Assembly (NCBI RefSeq): GCF_036321535.1
Contig: NC_087437.1
Location: 85,128,001-85,192,000 of the forward strand
Origin: Camelus dromedarius
Taxonomy: Eukaryota
Direction of reading: 5' to 3'
Length of the DNA stretch: 64,000 bases
In this document: one piece after another, positions 28,136 to 40,379 of the stretch
How positions within the stretch are numbered: position 1 is the first letter of the stretch
Layout of the letters: each line of letters starts with the position of its first letter
Translations under genes and position numbers: made by a program
The notes under the pieces: model-generated
What the model was told of the DNA's origin: nothing
Database searches by the model: none
Seen by the model: the letters and a program-made list of their open reading frames with translations, nothing else

Positions 28136-29684
28136 TATTCAAGGAGAAAAATCTTATATCTGCTTAAGGAATGAGGGGTAATACTTTCTATATCAGCCCT
28201 TTATTGAGAGCAGTGGAATTAATGTGCAAATTAAATTATGCAAACTCTGAGATATTTTTGGTGTATAATCATACAACAGAATAGCTTCTTTCCTTTAATT
28301 TGCAGTTTATTTGAATTCCACCACCAGAAGAGATTGACTATCCCTAATATTAGGGGATATTCTGAAACTATTTAACAACAATACCAAAGACCATAATGAA
28401 GTGAAGAATGTTGGAATAAATGATCATTATTTTTTACTTTTCTTTTTTTTTGTTTGGGGTGGGGGGGTCCTTGGTAGTATGATGGGGGAGCCCACTCATG
28501 TGAGCACATTATTTTTTATTTTTCAATTAACGTAGGGTAAATTTTTAGTGAGAGATGTGACAAATTCAAATTTATTATTTATTCCACTTTTCATACATAT
28601 TAATACCAAGACTGTGTATCTTTTTTTCTGCTACCCGGAATACTTTTTTCTTAAAATCTGTTAATGTATGGCTTTTATGCAAAGTTTCCATTGTGTCCTA
28701 GCTCAGAAAAATGGTATAATGCTATTATGTAATCTAGTTACTCCTTTGATAAATATAGAAATCTACACAAAATCCTTTAAAATATTCATAAGTAATCTTA
28801 TCACTTAATCCAGCATTCTAAGTGTGACTCAAATTCTGTACTTTCTTTCTGTTTTCCTTAAGCAAAATGAACAACTCACTTTATCAATTAAGAAAATTAT
28901 TCCTCAGAATGATTAACAGCAGAGACAACTGCCTGAAAACACGCACACACAGAATCCTTAAATATAGTTTGTTTTCAACTTATTTTTTGGAATTCACCTT
29001 CTGTACTACCTGGCACAAATGGTAAACCTAAATAGATGGTTTTATTATGTATGTCCTTACCCTGTCACCTGTATCTACTCTTTCAAGACTTTGCTCATAG
29101 GAGGCAATTTATCAGTTGTGCCTTCCCATTTTTCTCACAATCTGTGCTCTCCCTTTTCTACCAGACCCTATACCCAATTTCAGAAATGAAAAAAATTTTT
29201 GAAAAGAAGTGTAGCAATTCATGGTGTATTGAGAGCTGAACTTGATACATTTATTTCCTTACCTTCATGCCAAAAATGCTAAGAGGGCTGTATTTATGCC
29301 ACAGTACTGAAGTTTTATGAGTCTGTATAAAAAAGGTACATGGTTAGAATTGATTCATCACATCCCAAAGTGGCATAATGAAAACAGCATGTCAAGATAA
29401 GGAAACTTAGTATAATATAGCTATCATTTCTGAGTAACCAGAAGCAAGGGTGTGCTCCACATTACTCTGCAGGTAGTATTGTAGCATAAGGAGGCCAAAT
29501 AAAGGAAGATGAAAAACATACATAGCTGTATCTGTATTTACATATGCCCTATTTCCCAGTTTAGAGAACGAGGTTTCCGTAGGAATGTATTAATTCTTCC
29601 GCCTTTTGCATATCTCAAATCCTCTGAGCTGTCGGTGACTAATTTTTGTGGAATGGCAGTATATTTGAGACCTCATATATGCAA

Positions 29685-30075
29685 TCCTATAAAATCTAGA
29701 ATTAGACCACCTGGATTTGAATTCTATCTCTTTTACTTACATTTATTTTCTGAGTGTAATAATGGGAATTTTTATTTAATTACCCATTTTATTGTCTTTA
29801 AAATTGAAATAATGAAAACAACTTATACTGTTATTGAATTGATTCTATATATAAATAAATAAATACAAAACAGGAGAGGATGATATAGCTTAAAAGTGGT
29901 AGAGTGCATGATTAGCATGCATGAGGTCCTGGATTCAACCCCAGTACCTTCATTAAAAATAAAATAATAATAATAATAATAGTAATAACAACCTAATTAC
30001 TCTCCCCTCAAAAACAAGATACAAAACACACTGTGATGCCCAGCATAATAAATATACAATTAATGATAACTACTC
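29685..30075 (+). mobile_element. MIR interrupted by a younger SINE
   Basis: ttagaccacctggatttgaattc...taaaattgaaataatg...tgcccagcataataaatatacaattaatg. Confidence 0.6.
29873..30018 (+). mobile_element. Camelid tRNA-derived SINE (Vic-1-like)
   Basis: A box tagcttaaaagtgg, gtgcatgattagcatgcatgaggtcc, B-box-like ggattcaaccc, A-rich (AAT)n linker, acctaattactctcccc tail; exact 10-bp TSD atacaaaaca at 29863-29872 and 30019-30028. Confidence 0.9.
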
Positions 30076-30430
30076 AGTACTTCCCTCTAGTAGATTCCCC
30101 CATATTGCAACACCACAATCAGTAAAGAGTCATTTCTTGCAGTAATTACCTGTATTCATAATGACAGATATTATCTTCAGTTGTACTGAAATTCTGCAAT
30201 AGTCAACCTAGAGTGTTGTTTTACCATTGAAAAGCCACACCGTCTTCAGTTAATAAGATGCCTAAAAGTTGTGCTTGTATTTTGAGATCAAAGAAGTATG
30301 AAATTTAGCTCCTGTTGCATCTTTACATTAGAAAGGGATGCTTGAAGATAAATGGGCATATTAGCATATTATGTATGACTAGAAAAAGTTAATTGTCAAA
30401 CAGTTTTTGTGATCATAATTTAGAAATTGA

Positions 30431-31351
30431 AGTAGGGGAGCAAAATTTGCCACTCCAAAATGCATCTGTTTGGCACGCAGAAAGAAAACTAGAATAGAGT
30501 TATTGCTAAGAGAGCTCTCAAACGGGTGGCAGGAGGCCATTAAGGAAGTGTGACTTATGCATGTCTCAGCGTGGATGGAATCTGACCTCTTGACCACTTA
30601 CTGTACTAACAGTGGCATCCAGAACATCTGCCAGGACACTTGCCTTAAAACGACTTATGATTCTTTTAAGGACAAATATTTCCTGATCAGTCACAGCCAG
30701 GCAACTTTAACAATTCTTGTGGCTTTCGTGTCTATATGCCTCTGACTCTTCCTCTTCCTTGGAACACTCAGTTTTACCAGAATCTGTGTCTCCTGAATTG
30801 CAATTCTTAAAGCCTCAATTAAACTGTTTTCATATTAGCAGACTTCTGAACATTTTTTTTTTTTGGTCAACAGGTATGAGCATTAATTTCGGTTGATTAT
30901 TTTTAAGAAATTAAAAACTCAGGAAGTGGGTTTTTTTTTCACCTCCCACTTAGCTGTTCCCAGAATAGAACTACCCCAGAGATATCTGCAAGGAATATGC
31001 TAGATGTGGTGGGGAAACTCAGGAGGGCCTGGAGATCAAAGTCCACGGCAAAGACCCAGCCAATATCAGTTAACCAAACATATGCTTTTCCACCTCCATG
31101 TGAATTTCCTTCCTCTCCTTTAAAGTCCCAAACCACTACCTCAGCATCCTCTTTTGTCTTCATCTGAAGATCGTATGTAAGGTGAGCACTTTTGCCATTT
31201 TGGTGAGTTACTCAAATCCAGGTCTCTCCCATGTATACATGTTATTAAACTTTTATTTGATTTTTGCCTGTTAATTTTTCTCATGTCAGTTTTATTCTGA
31301 GACCAGCCAGAAGGACCTAGAAAGGTGGAGGGAAATTTCTTCAGCTTGACA
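30431..31351 (+). mobile_element. ERV1-like solo LTR (outer element)
   Basis: gtaggggagcaaaatttgccactccaaaatg start, ATTAAA near 31245, ends cttgaca; related to the LTR at 8674. Confidence 0.75.
30476..30872 (+). mobile_element. Nested ERV1-like solo LTR
   Basis: Ends ttttggtcaaca, has ttgcaattctt...attaaac, flanked by a 4-bp imperfect TSD ggca/ggta; the outer LTR resumes after it. Confidence 0.7.
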
Positions 31352-31689
31352 TACTATCAGAATGCACGGGTCAATTATGCATAGTCAGGAGTATGGGTTA
31401 TTGTTCAGAATTATTTGGCATCAACTCACAATGAGATGGATTATTTCCTATTGGTGTCTTCTGCTGCTCTTTTCATCAGTGGCTTAGAGGCACAGTTTTT
31501 GTTTTCTCATTTTTTTTTCACCACACTGGAATTGCAAACAGAAAGAATGAAGCTTCTTTTCATATGTATTTTCCTCACTCGAGATCTAAGTTATAAGAAA
31601 GGAATTTTGTTACCTTTTTATTCTATTATTCATAGATAGACTACTAAATGTTTAAAAACAGATTCCAGAAAGAAGAAGGAAAAAAAACC

Positions 31690-31845
31690 CTGATTTGTAG
31701 TGTTAGCTGATTTGTGTGGAGGAAATGCTCCCACTTGGCCAATTTCAAGCTACCAGTGTAATGCTGCAGACCTCAGAGTTAGGAAAAGATGTTTTGCAAA
31801 ATTGAATCTTGTGAATCATTGCAACTCAGCTCCAGCACAACATTG
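31690..31845. mobile_element. MER63-like hAT element
   Basis: ctcccacttggccaatttcaagctacca motif and terminal ctccagcacaacattg. Confidence 0.65.
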
Positions 31846-31884
31846 TGTGTGTGTGTGTGTGTGCGCACAACGTGCATGCATGTG

Positions 31885-32420
31885 TCTGTTTAGCACTCAT
31901 ATGCCAGGGTTTGTTTCAAATACTGGGGAGATAACAGAATCCAATAGAAAATATCTCCTTTTATAATATGTCTGGTCTATGGGGAGATACAGACATTAAA
32001 CTCTTAAATGAATAAACAAATCCATTAATTTCCAAAGCACTAAATAAAATAAAGGGAAATATAAATAATATAAATATAAATAAAAAATAATGTGAAGATG
32101 TGATAGAAAGTGACTTGGGGATTTTGAGAGTCAGGAAAATTCTTCAGGTATTTCTATCAGTAAAGTCCCTTCTGTGGAAGTGACATTTGAACTCAAACTT
32201 ATGTGAAATCAAGGAACAAGCCATACAAAGTGTTGAGAGCAGTGCGCTCAAACTAGCCCCGAGGTGAGAACATGCTCAGTGTTTTTGAGGAGCAGAAATA
32301 AGCCTGGGGTGACAGCTGGGAAATGAGTGAGGAAAGATGTGAAGGTAAGGTCAGAGGAATAGGGCAGATTAGCTAGAGCCCAGCTAAGGATGACACACAG
32401 TGAGAATTTTAGTGCTGGAA
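31885..32420 (-). mobile_element. L2 fragment
   Basis: agcactcatatgccagg...tactggggagataaca...ggaagtgacatttgaactcaaact. Confidence 0.7.
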
Positions 32421-34517
32421 GGCCACAGTATATTAGAGTGAAACATTTGCCTCCAGAGGAAGAGTTTTAGGGACAGACTTCACACGTGTATAAGGCTATC
32501 CCTTGGCGAAAAAGAAACAGCAAGTTAACACTGAAGTCCTGGTTCTCAGTGACATTTTCTTATACAATCTAATATTAAGGTAATGAGTTTGAAACACTGC
32601 TGTGGGTGTCCTCAGACTTTGGTGAACAAGCAAAAGTTACAGTTTACTTATAAGTTAAAAAAATAGGATTCTTCCAATTGTTAAGAGCAAATTATACTCC
32701 CAAACCCCTAAATGAAAATAGAACTCTAGGTCTTGATAATGAATATCAGTCACTTGCATTTGGCAACATGTTGAGATTTTCGATAATTTTCTTAAATTTA
32801 TTTTCATTTATTAACTTAATTGTCTTATGAGATAATCAGAATAACTTTTTTGAAAAATTAATCTTTCAAAATCAAAATGAAGAAAGTGAAGAGCAAGGAA
32901 TTCTGGTGCCTGTACCATATTGGATATAATTTCAAATCTTATGTTTTTTTACTTCTTACCCATGCTAATTTTATTGTACATGTTTATGATTTATTTTTAC
33001 TTGAGACATCTTTATTTTCTCCATGCTGTTTATCTCTTTAGATATAAAATAATAGAAATTAATAAGCCAGTTAAAAATGGATTAATCATCATATTTAAAA
33101 CTTGCTTAAGTAATAGTTTAGCCATTTTCTTCATAACATCTATGCACTGTTGTCTGTGGATTTTGGTTTTGTAAATATTCGTAAGTACTACTTACATTAT
33201 TAAAAAAAAAACCTTTCAAATATTAAAATCATCCCATAGGATATTGAATTGTATCCAAAGAAGGAGCAAGGATCTTCTACCTCAGTACTTGGTTTTATGT
33301 AGGATATTCTGGAAACATTGTATTTCAGTATAGAAGTAGCCTTCACTTAGGACCTTCTCAGTGCCATTTTGACAGCTGTGCTCTGTGTTGCAGTGTATCA
33401 ATGAGATGGCATATAATTAAATTATCTTGATTAGCCTTCAAATATATGAAATGCTCAAAAGCTTTGTTCATTAATGGAAATACTTGAAGGACAAGGGAGG
33501 AAGCTAGATGTCATGAATTATTTTAAGTTTCTTCGTCTATGCTGTTGGATAGAGTTTGTAAAATCGGTGTTATCTATTTATGAAGTCTCTAAATATGAAG
33601 TCTCTGAACTAAATATAGATACAATGCTTGACTCAATGCCATATGAATACTTATTAATACCAGGAGAAGGAGAACTTTTCACTTTCCTCTGCTGCCCTGG
33701 CCTGCTTAACTACACTACTTCTTAGCTCCTCTAACCTTTGGGAGAAGGAACCTGATTAGTTAGAGTCTAGGTAATCTATCAACCAGTCCCTGTTTCACAA
33801 GTAGAAAGTATCACTGCTAATTTTCAATGCTATAAATTAAATGGTGTTTGATTTCCATTCAGAGATTCCCTCTTATGTGTAGATTTCCCTTGGAAGCCCT
33901 CTTGAAAGCTGATATAACTGGCAGGCTGAATTCAGGCATTCTTAGACCCCCTTTCCCTAATGCTTTTATCACAGTACAGAAAGTAACTTGGAACTCTGAA
34001 ATTGTGACCCTCTCAGGTGAATTGTTATAAAAATGGAAGACATTTTATCGGCCTTCAAGAAGTTCACAGCTTAATGTAGAAGACACTCATATAAATAATG
34101 GACTATAATACAATATTCTGATGCTCCTTTGGCACCAAACTATAGGGAGGCAAATTTTATTCTGCTAAATATGATATTTAACTTTGACCCAAAAAGTGAA
34201 TGAGCTTCTAGATGCAGAATAAGAAATAACATAATAGAATCAAAGGAGCAAGTTTAAGCAAATGCTTGAATGTACATAGTTTTTTAAGTAATCAGAGGAA
34301 GATACAATAAGGGTTGGGACAAGAAGTAATGATAAACTTAAAGAATTCTTTGAATAGGAGAGAAACAAGTTTTGGGGTAATAATAATGTCCTGGACTTGA
34401 GAGCAAAGAGTGAAGCAAAGAAAACTCAATTTTTCTGTGTGAGAGAGATCATGTTAGATTCTAAATGGAAAATATAAAAAAGATAAACGTATTTAGAAGG
34501 TAGTTTATGAAAAAGTT

Positions 34518-37305
34518 TTTTTGAGTGTTGGATGTTGACTTTTAACTGAAGTATAGTTTATTTGTAACATTATATTAGTTTCAGGTGTACAGCATGGAGA
34601 TTCAACATTTTTATAGATTATAATCCATTTAAAGTTATTACAACTATATATAAATATAGCTATATTTCTCTATGTGTACAGTATATTCTTGATGCTTATT
34701 TATTTTATACATAGTTGTTTGTATCTCTTGATACCCTACCCCTATCTTGCCCTTCCACCCTTTCCTCCACCCACTGGTAACCACTAGTTTTTCTCTATAT
34801 TTGTGAATCAGTTCTGTTTTGTTATATACATTTGTTTTATCTTTTAGAGTCTACATATAATGTAGAGTTTTTGTCTTTCTCTCTCTGACTTATTTCACTA
34901 AACATAATATCCTCTAGGTCCACCACATTCTTACAAATGGTAGAATTTTACTCTTTTTATGGCTGAGTAATATTTCATTATATTTATATTTATATATGCA
35001 TATATATACACACACACGTATATTTGCCATATGTTCTTTGTTCATTTGTCTGCTGTCAGACACTTAGGTTGCTTCCATATCTTGGCTATTATAAATTATA
35101 CTGCTATGAACATTGGGATACTTGTATCTTTTCAAATTAGTGGGGTTTTTTGTTGTTGTTTTGTTTTCTTGGGATATATACCCTGGAGTGAAACTGCTGG
35201 ATCATATGGTAGTTCTATTTTAAGTTTGTTGAGGAACCTCCATACTGTTCCTCAGTAGCTGTAACAATTTACATCCCCATCAACAATATACAAAGGTTAC
35301 CTTTACTCCACATCCTTGCCAACTTTGTTATTTGTAAACGTTTTGATGATAGCCATTCTGACAGATGTGAGGTGAGATCTCACTGTGGTTTTGATTTGCA
35401 TTACCCCAAATGTTATTTAGCCATGTTGAGCATCTTTTCATGGGCATTTTGACTATCTGTATACTTTCTTTGGAAAAATGACTATTCAGGACTTTTACCC
35501 ATTTTTAAATTGTGTTGTTTTTTTTTAATAGATTTGTGTGAGCTACATTTTTACTTTGGATATTAATCCCTTATCAGTCATATCATTTGCAAATATTTTC
35601 TTCCATTCCATAGATTGTATTTTTGTTTGGTTGATAGTTTCCTTTGATTTGCAAAAGTTAGGTTCAATTAGGTTCCATTTGTTTATTTTTCTTTTTATTG
35701 CCTTTGCTTTAGGAGACAGATCCAAAACAAAATATTGCTACAATATATGTCAAAAAGTGTTCCACCTAGGATTTCTTCTAGGGTTTTTTTGGTTTCTGGT
35801 CTTACATTTAAGTCTTTAGTCCATTTTGAGTTTATTTTTGTATATGGTGTTAGAGAATGTTCTAATTTCATTCTTTTATATGTAGTTGTCCTGTTTCCCC
35901 AGCACCATTTATTGGAGAAGCTATCTTTTCTCCATTGTATATTCTTCCCTCCATTGTTGTAGATTAATTGACCATAAATATGTTGGTTTATTTCTGGGCT
36001 CTCTATTCTATTGCATTGATGTGTGTGTCTGTTTTTGTACAAATACCAAGCTGTTTTTGTTACTGTAGTTTTGTAGCATAGTCTGAAATCAGGGTACCCC
36101 CTGCTTTGTTCTTCTCTCTCAAGAGTGCTTTGGCAATTCTAGGTCTTTTGGAGTTCCATATAAATTTTAGGTTATTGTTCTATTTCTGTGAAAAATATCA
36201 TGGAAATTTTGATAGAGATGATATTAAATCTCTAGAATGCTTTAGGTAGTGTGGACACTTTAATAATATTAATTCTTCCAATCCAAGAACAAGGGAAATG
36301 TTCCATTTTTGTATCATCTTCAATTTCCTTCATCAATATTTTATAGCTTTCAAAGTATAGATATCTTATCTCCTTGGTTAAGTTTATTCCGAGGTATTTT
36401 ATTCTTTATGATGCAATTTTAAATGGCATTGCTTTCTTGCTTTGTCTTTCTGATAGTTCATTATAGTGCATAGAAAAGCAACAGATTTCTGTATATTAAT
36501 CTTGCATTTGTGTGGGAGCCCTTGATTGGGTTAACAAATTGTAACAGATCCCAGCCGCTTATCTCCTTAAAGAAGATGTGCTTAGTAACTGCCTTGAGGT
36601 TTTTGCCATGACCCTGGCCCCTGGCTATAAACGCTGGGTGTGCCTGCTGTTAGTCTTCTATCCCAAAACAGCCTTGAGAGCTGCAGACTCAGAGGTGAGA
36701 AGGCTGGTTAGCCAAAGACAGGTAAGATCCCCTGAGGGGGCAACCTAAGACAGGCACAGCCACCTGAGTCCAAGTTGTTAAGCAAATGATTCTCATACGT
36801 TCCACCCTGATAAGCTGAAAGGCTCAACACGAACATGATTCACCAAAAAGGGTCTTCTGACCTTGAGCCAAACACCAACAATAAACAAAGCCTTTGTACT
36901 CATTGTGATCCCACCCTGTCCTTCCCTAAATTCCTGCATTCCTCCTTTGACTATACTCAATAAATACAAGAGATTTGAGAGGCTCGTGAAGTTGGCTCCC
37001 AACTCCCTCTTGCTCTCTTGACTTTTCCATAGAGTCTTGAGTAATTCATTCCGACTCGGTGGGACTTCTACCGGCCAGAACCCACACATTTGTAACTTTA
37101 CTGAATTTGTTTGTTAGTTCTAATAGTTTCTTGGTAGAGACTTTCTGGTTTCTCTATATGTTATCACGTCATCTGTGAATAGTGACGATTTTACTTCTGC
37201 CAATCTCCAGTTAGTTTTTAGTGAGGATTGTTCCACATTTTTGATGTGTTTGTGGTGGGAGGTGAGTTCTGCATCCTTCTACTACATCGTCTTGATGTCT
37301 TCTGC
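34518..37305 (-). mobile_element. Internally deleted L1: 5' end joined to the 3' half of ORF2 and 3'UTR, with an LTR insertion
   Basis: ORF fragments [18 protein letters not shown]...[21 protein letters not shown]; 5'-UTR start at 37199-37305; candidate 17-bp TSD at 34501-34517 and 37306-37322 (3 mismatches). Confidence 0.92.
36511..37086 (+). mobile_element. Solo LTR, probably class II (ERV2/betaretrovirus-like), 576 bp
   Basis: TGTGGG...CCCACA inverted termini and perfect 6-bp TSD CATTTG (36505-36510, 37087-37092); AATAAA at ~36880 and ~36959; pyrimidine-rich 3' part. Confidence 0.92.
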
Positions 37306-39199
37306 TGGTCTATGAAAAACTTCTACAGATGGGTTTGAGGAATTGAGATATAGATATATATATGTATGTGTGTATATATATATATGTATGTATATAAGTA
37401 AATATGAGTGGTGAACAGTTGGAAATGATTGCATGTTGCTCAGGATAGAAAATAGGTTTTAATATATGAATTTGAACATTATCATGATATAGAAAATATA
37501 TAGTAAGCTGGTCAAAACACATTCTGAAAATGCACTTCAATTATGTGTTTGGTGAATTATGGCTTAAAATATTCCCTGTATTTTCTCAAAAAAAATACTA
37601 TGACTGTGTTGAATTGAAAGATGGAAAAGGAGGAGGGGAAAGATGTAGATAAAGTCCTTGGAGAAGTACTAGTTTCTTGTTTCCAAGATTCAAATAACCA
37701 GAGAAAGACATATACACAGTCAGGGACAGGAAATTAATTTCAAACAAAATCATCATCTGGTAAAAAGAAATTGAAGCACTGGGTCTGCCCTGGGATGGAC
37801 TGGGCAAAGTGATCACAGAATATTTCTGAATACATGAGGTGGCAAACATCAGTATCTGCCCACGTGAAAATAGTTTTTCCATGTAAATGCGTATGAGGAG
37901 CTCTAACAGTATTTTGGAGTCCGGATCAGCATGAACATGAGACATTCAGCTGCATACAAATACAAGGACTGAGTCATTTGTTCTTCCAGAGACAGTTCTT
38001 TGGCCATAACACCTGTGCATGGGAGAAGTGCAGAAATCTTTCCTCTTTCCTATGTCCATTTTACACCTATGTCTGCAAGGCAGCTCGTTTTAACAAATAA
38101 GTAACCACACTTGTTTTGCTTCTAAACCTCAGGAAAGAGTATCTTAGCACTGTGACAGAGCAGCATGTCAACCATTAGTAAACACCTGGATGTAAAACAG
38201 ACAGGAATTCTAGAAGAGAAGGAAAATTTCCCACTAATCAGAGCAGGTGGTAGTTTGATCATTCCACTGTGCAATATTATTGAGGGTGGGAGAGTGTTTA
38301 TTCCTTAAACTTTAAAGTTGAGTTACTGCCATATCACATAATGTTAATAGCTACCAGGATAAGGAATTTTTCTTTATCTTGAAATTAACAGTCTATCTGG
38401 AAGTTTTCCTAAAGTACTATGCATAAAATAAAAGTGGAATATTGTTGCTGTAATTAACTTGGGATATTCATAATGAAAAAGGTAACAGGAAATAATAACA
38501 TTAAATATTTCTTTTCTTAAGATTATTCATTTCACAACTTACAGTTTTTGACAGAAATGGGTTAAGGTAGACTATACATATTTATATATATTTTTTAGGA
38601 AACATGATATTGCATTTTATAATTATTTAATACTTTCTTAATTTAAAATAAAGAGTCTAAGAATTTATTTCTAGTATTTACAAACAATTTCTATCTTTCA
38701 AAATCCTGAAGGTATTTTAGGACCACCATATTGGTTGGTTTCCCTCAGGCACCAAATGGTATTTTTCTGCCTGATCCACAAATTGACATCAAACATCTGG
38801 GATAGGTAGTCATGTTCATTGCTAGTTCAGAGAGAGAAGATGGTAATGCCATAGAAGATACTGACAATATACTTATAAATGGTGAGAAAGTATTTATACC
38901 ATTTATAAGAATTAACACAATAAAAATATTTTTGGAGGAATTAGATTGTGAATGAAAGAGTAAATTAAATTTACCCATCCACAGTTGCAGGTGAATTTTA
39001 CTCCCTGGACACTGAAATAAAAATATCTTTCTTAGACCCCCTCTAGACCAAACATGGTAGGAATAATTTCAAAAAAGATGCTGAGTATAATTTCTAGAGG
39101 AAAAAAAACCTAAATATTCTCAGGAGCTCCAGCTATTGGGATATCACTACATTGTCTCAGACCATCTGTAGCAAAATATACTAGGATTTCTGCTATAAT

Positions 39200-39322
39200 G
39201 TGTATCCCTGGTTTCCAACCTCTCCTATTCAATCAGAATATCTAGGAGTGAAAAATCAAATGTGCATTTTTAACACTTCGGTAATGTGATCCTTATGCAC
39301 ACTAAGACTTAAGAACTGCTGC
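39200..39322. mobile_element. MER5-like hAT-Charlie fragment
   Basis: aatcagaatatctaggagtg...tgtgcatttttaaca...ttatgcacactaagacttaagaactgctg. Confidence 0.7.
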
Positions 39323-40330
39323 TGTAAAAATAGGTTATTGTTATTATTGGTTTGTTTTCCATGATGAGTCTTTTTTTATAACCCAATAAAATTGAGTATA
39401 AATCTTGGAAGACCATATTCTCTGTAGAATGAGGCTTACTAAGTATACAAGGTGCCCAAGTAAGAGGCAAAGGTCATTGTCAAAACAAACAAGAGAGGTG
39501 GCTTGAAAAGCAGTCTAAGTAGAGGGATAGTTGAGCTAACTTTGTATGATCTATGAGAAGGAGAAAGGCATGGTGAAAATTAGTTTGGTTGTAGTTTTCA
39601 GGTTGGATTGGAGTGTTGACAGTAGAAAAAGAGAAGAGGAAGAAATATAGAAGGCCTGGTCAGAGTGTGCTGTAAAACTTCTCAAGGAAAATGGGGAAAA
39701 TAAAATACTTCATCAGCAAAGTTCAAGGGTATGGACAAGAAATGTAGAAAATATACTGCAATAAGAAAATTAAGAATAAAAGACCCAGAAAGTAGAAAAG
39801 ACTCGCTGAGAAATCTCCCTACAGTATCTAAGAACAAAAAGGCAATGAAACTCATGTATCATCAAATTGTCATTAATTTGGGAAGTGAGTAGGGAGACCT
39901 GAAAAATAATTCACTCTAATGTTGGATGTGGAACATTGTAAAAGTTATATTACTACAAGAAATATCATAGCAAGTTAGGCCATTGAAAATGCAGCCTCAT
40001 TGTGGGAAATATGGTAAATGGTATGATGATGTTTTACACTAATAATTGACAAATGCACATTACACAGAATAGTCTCCTTCTTATACAGGTGAAGACTATT
40101 CTGAGGACTTGATACCCAGAAGAATGAGTTACAGAGATCTGACTGGTTTGCAATAAATTACTCTGATGGGGAAATGCCCTGGCATTTAGGGGGCAAGCAA
40201 TTAATTCTCTACAAGTGAGAAGGCTTTATTTTAGAGAGCAGTGAGTAGGGGAATGACAGAGTTTTTAGAACTAAATTCCAGAACTCCAGTGCATTTCTAC
40301 CTAGCTCCTGCTTGGATCCATCCATAAATA

Positions 40331-40332
<2 letters not shown>

Positions 40333-40374
<42 letters not shown>
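40333..40374 (+). repeat. Pure poly(A) tract, 42 nt
   Basis: Counted directly. Confidence 0.95.

Positions 40375-40379
<5 letters not shown>

Noticed and set aside
29873..29950. tRNA gene
   Set aside because: The A and B boxes belong to a SINE head with an A-rich tail and TSD; no intact cloverleaf.
33580..33617. Short tandem duplications (also 11118-11139, 19472-19512, 45604-45631)
   Set aside because: Ordinary slippage products of 10-21 bp.
36793..37089. 98-aa ORF spanning the solo LTR
   Set aside because: Antisense to the LTR and without similarity I can recognise to LTR-encoded proteins such as MMTV Sag.
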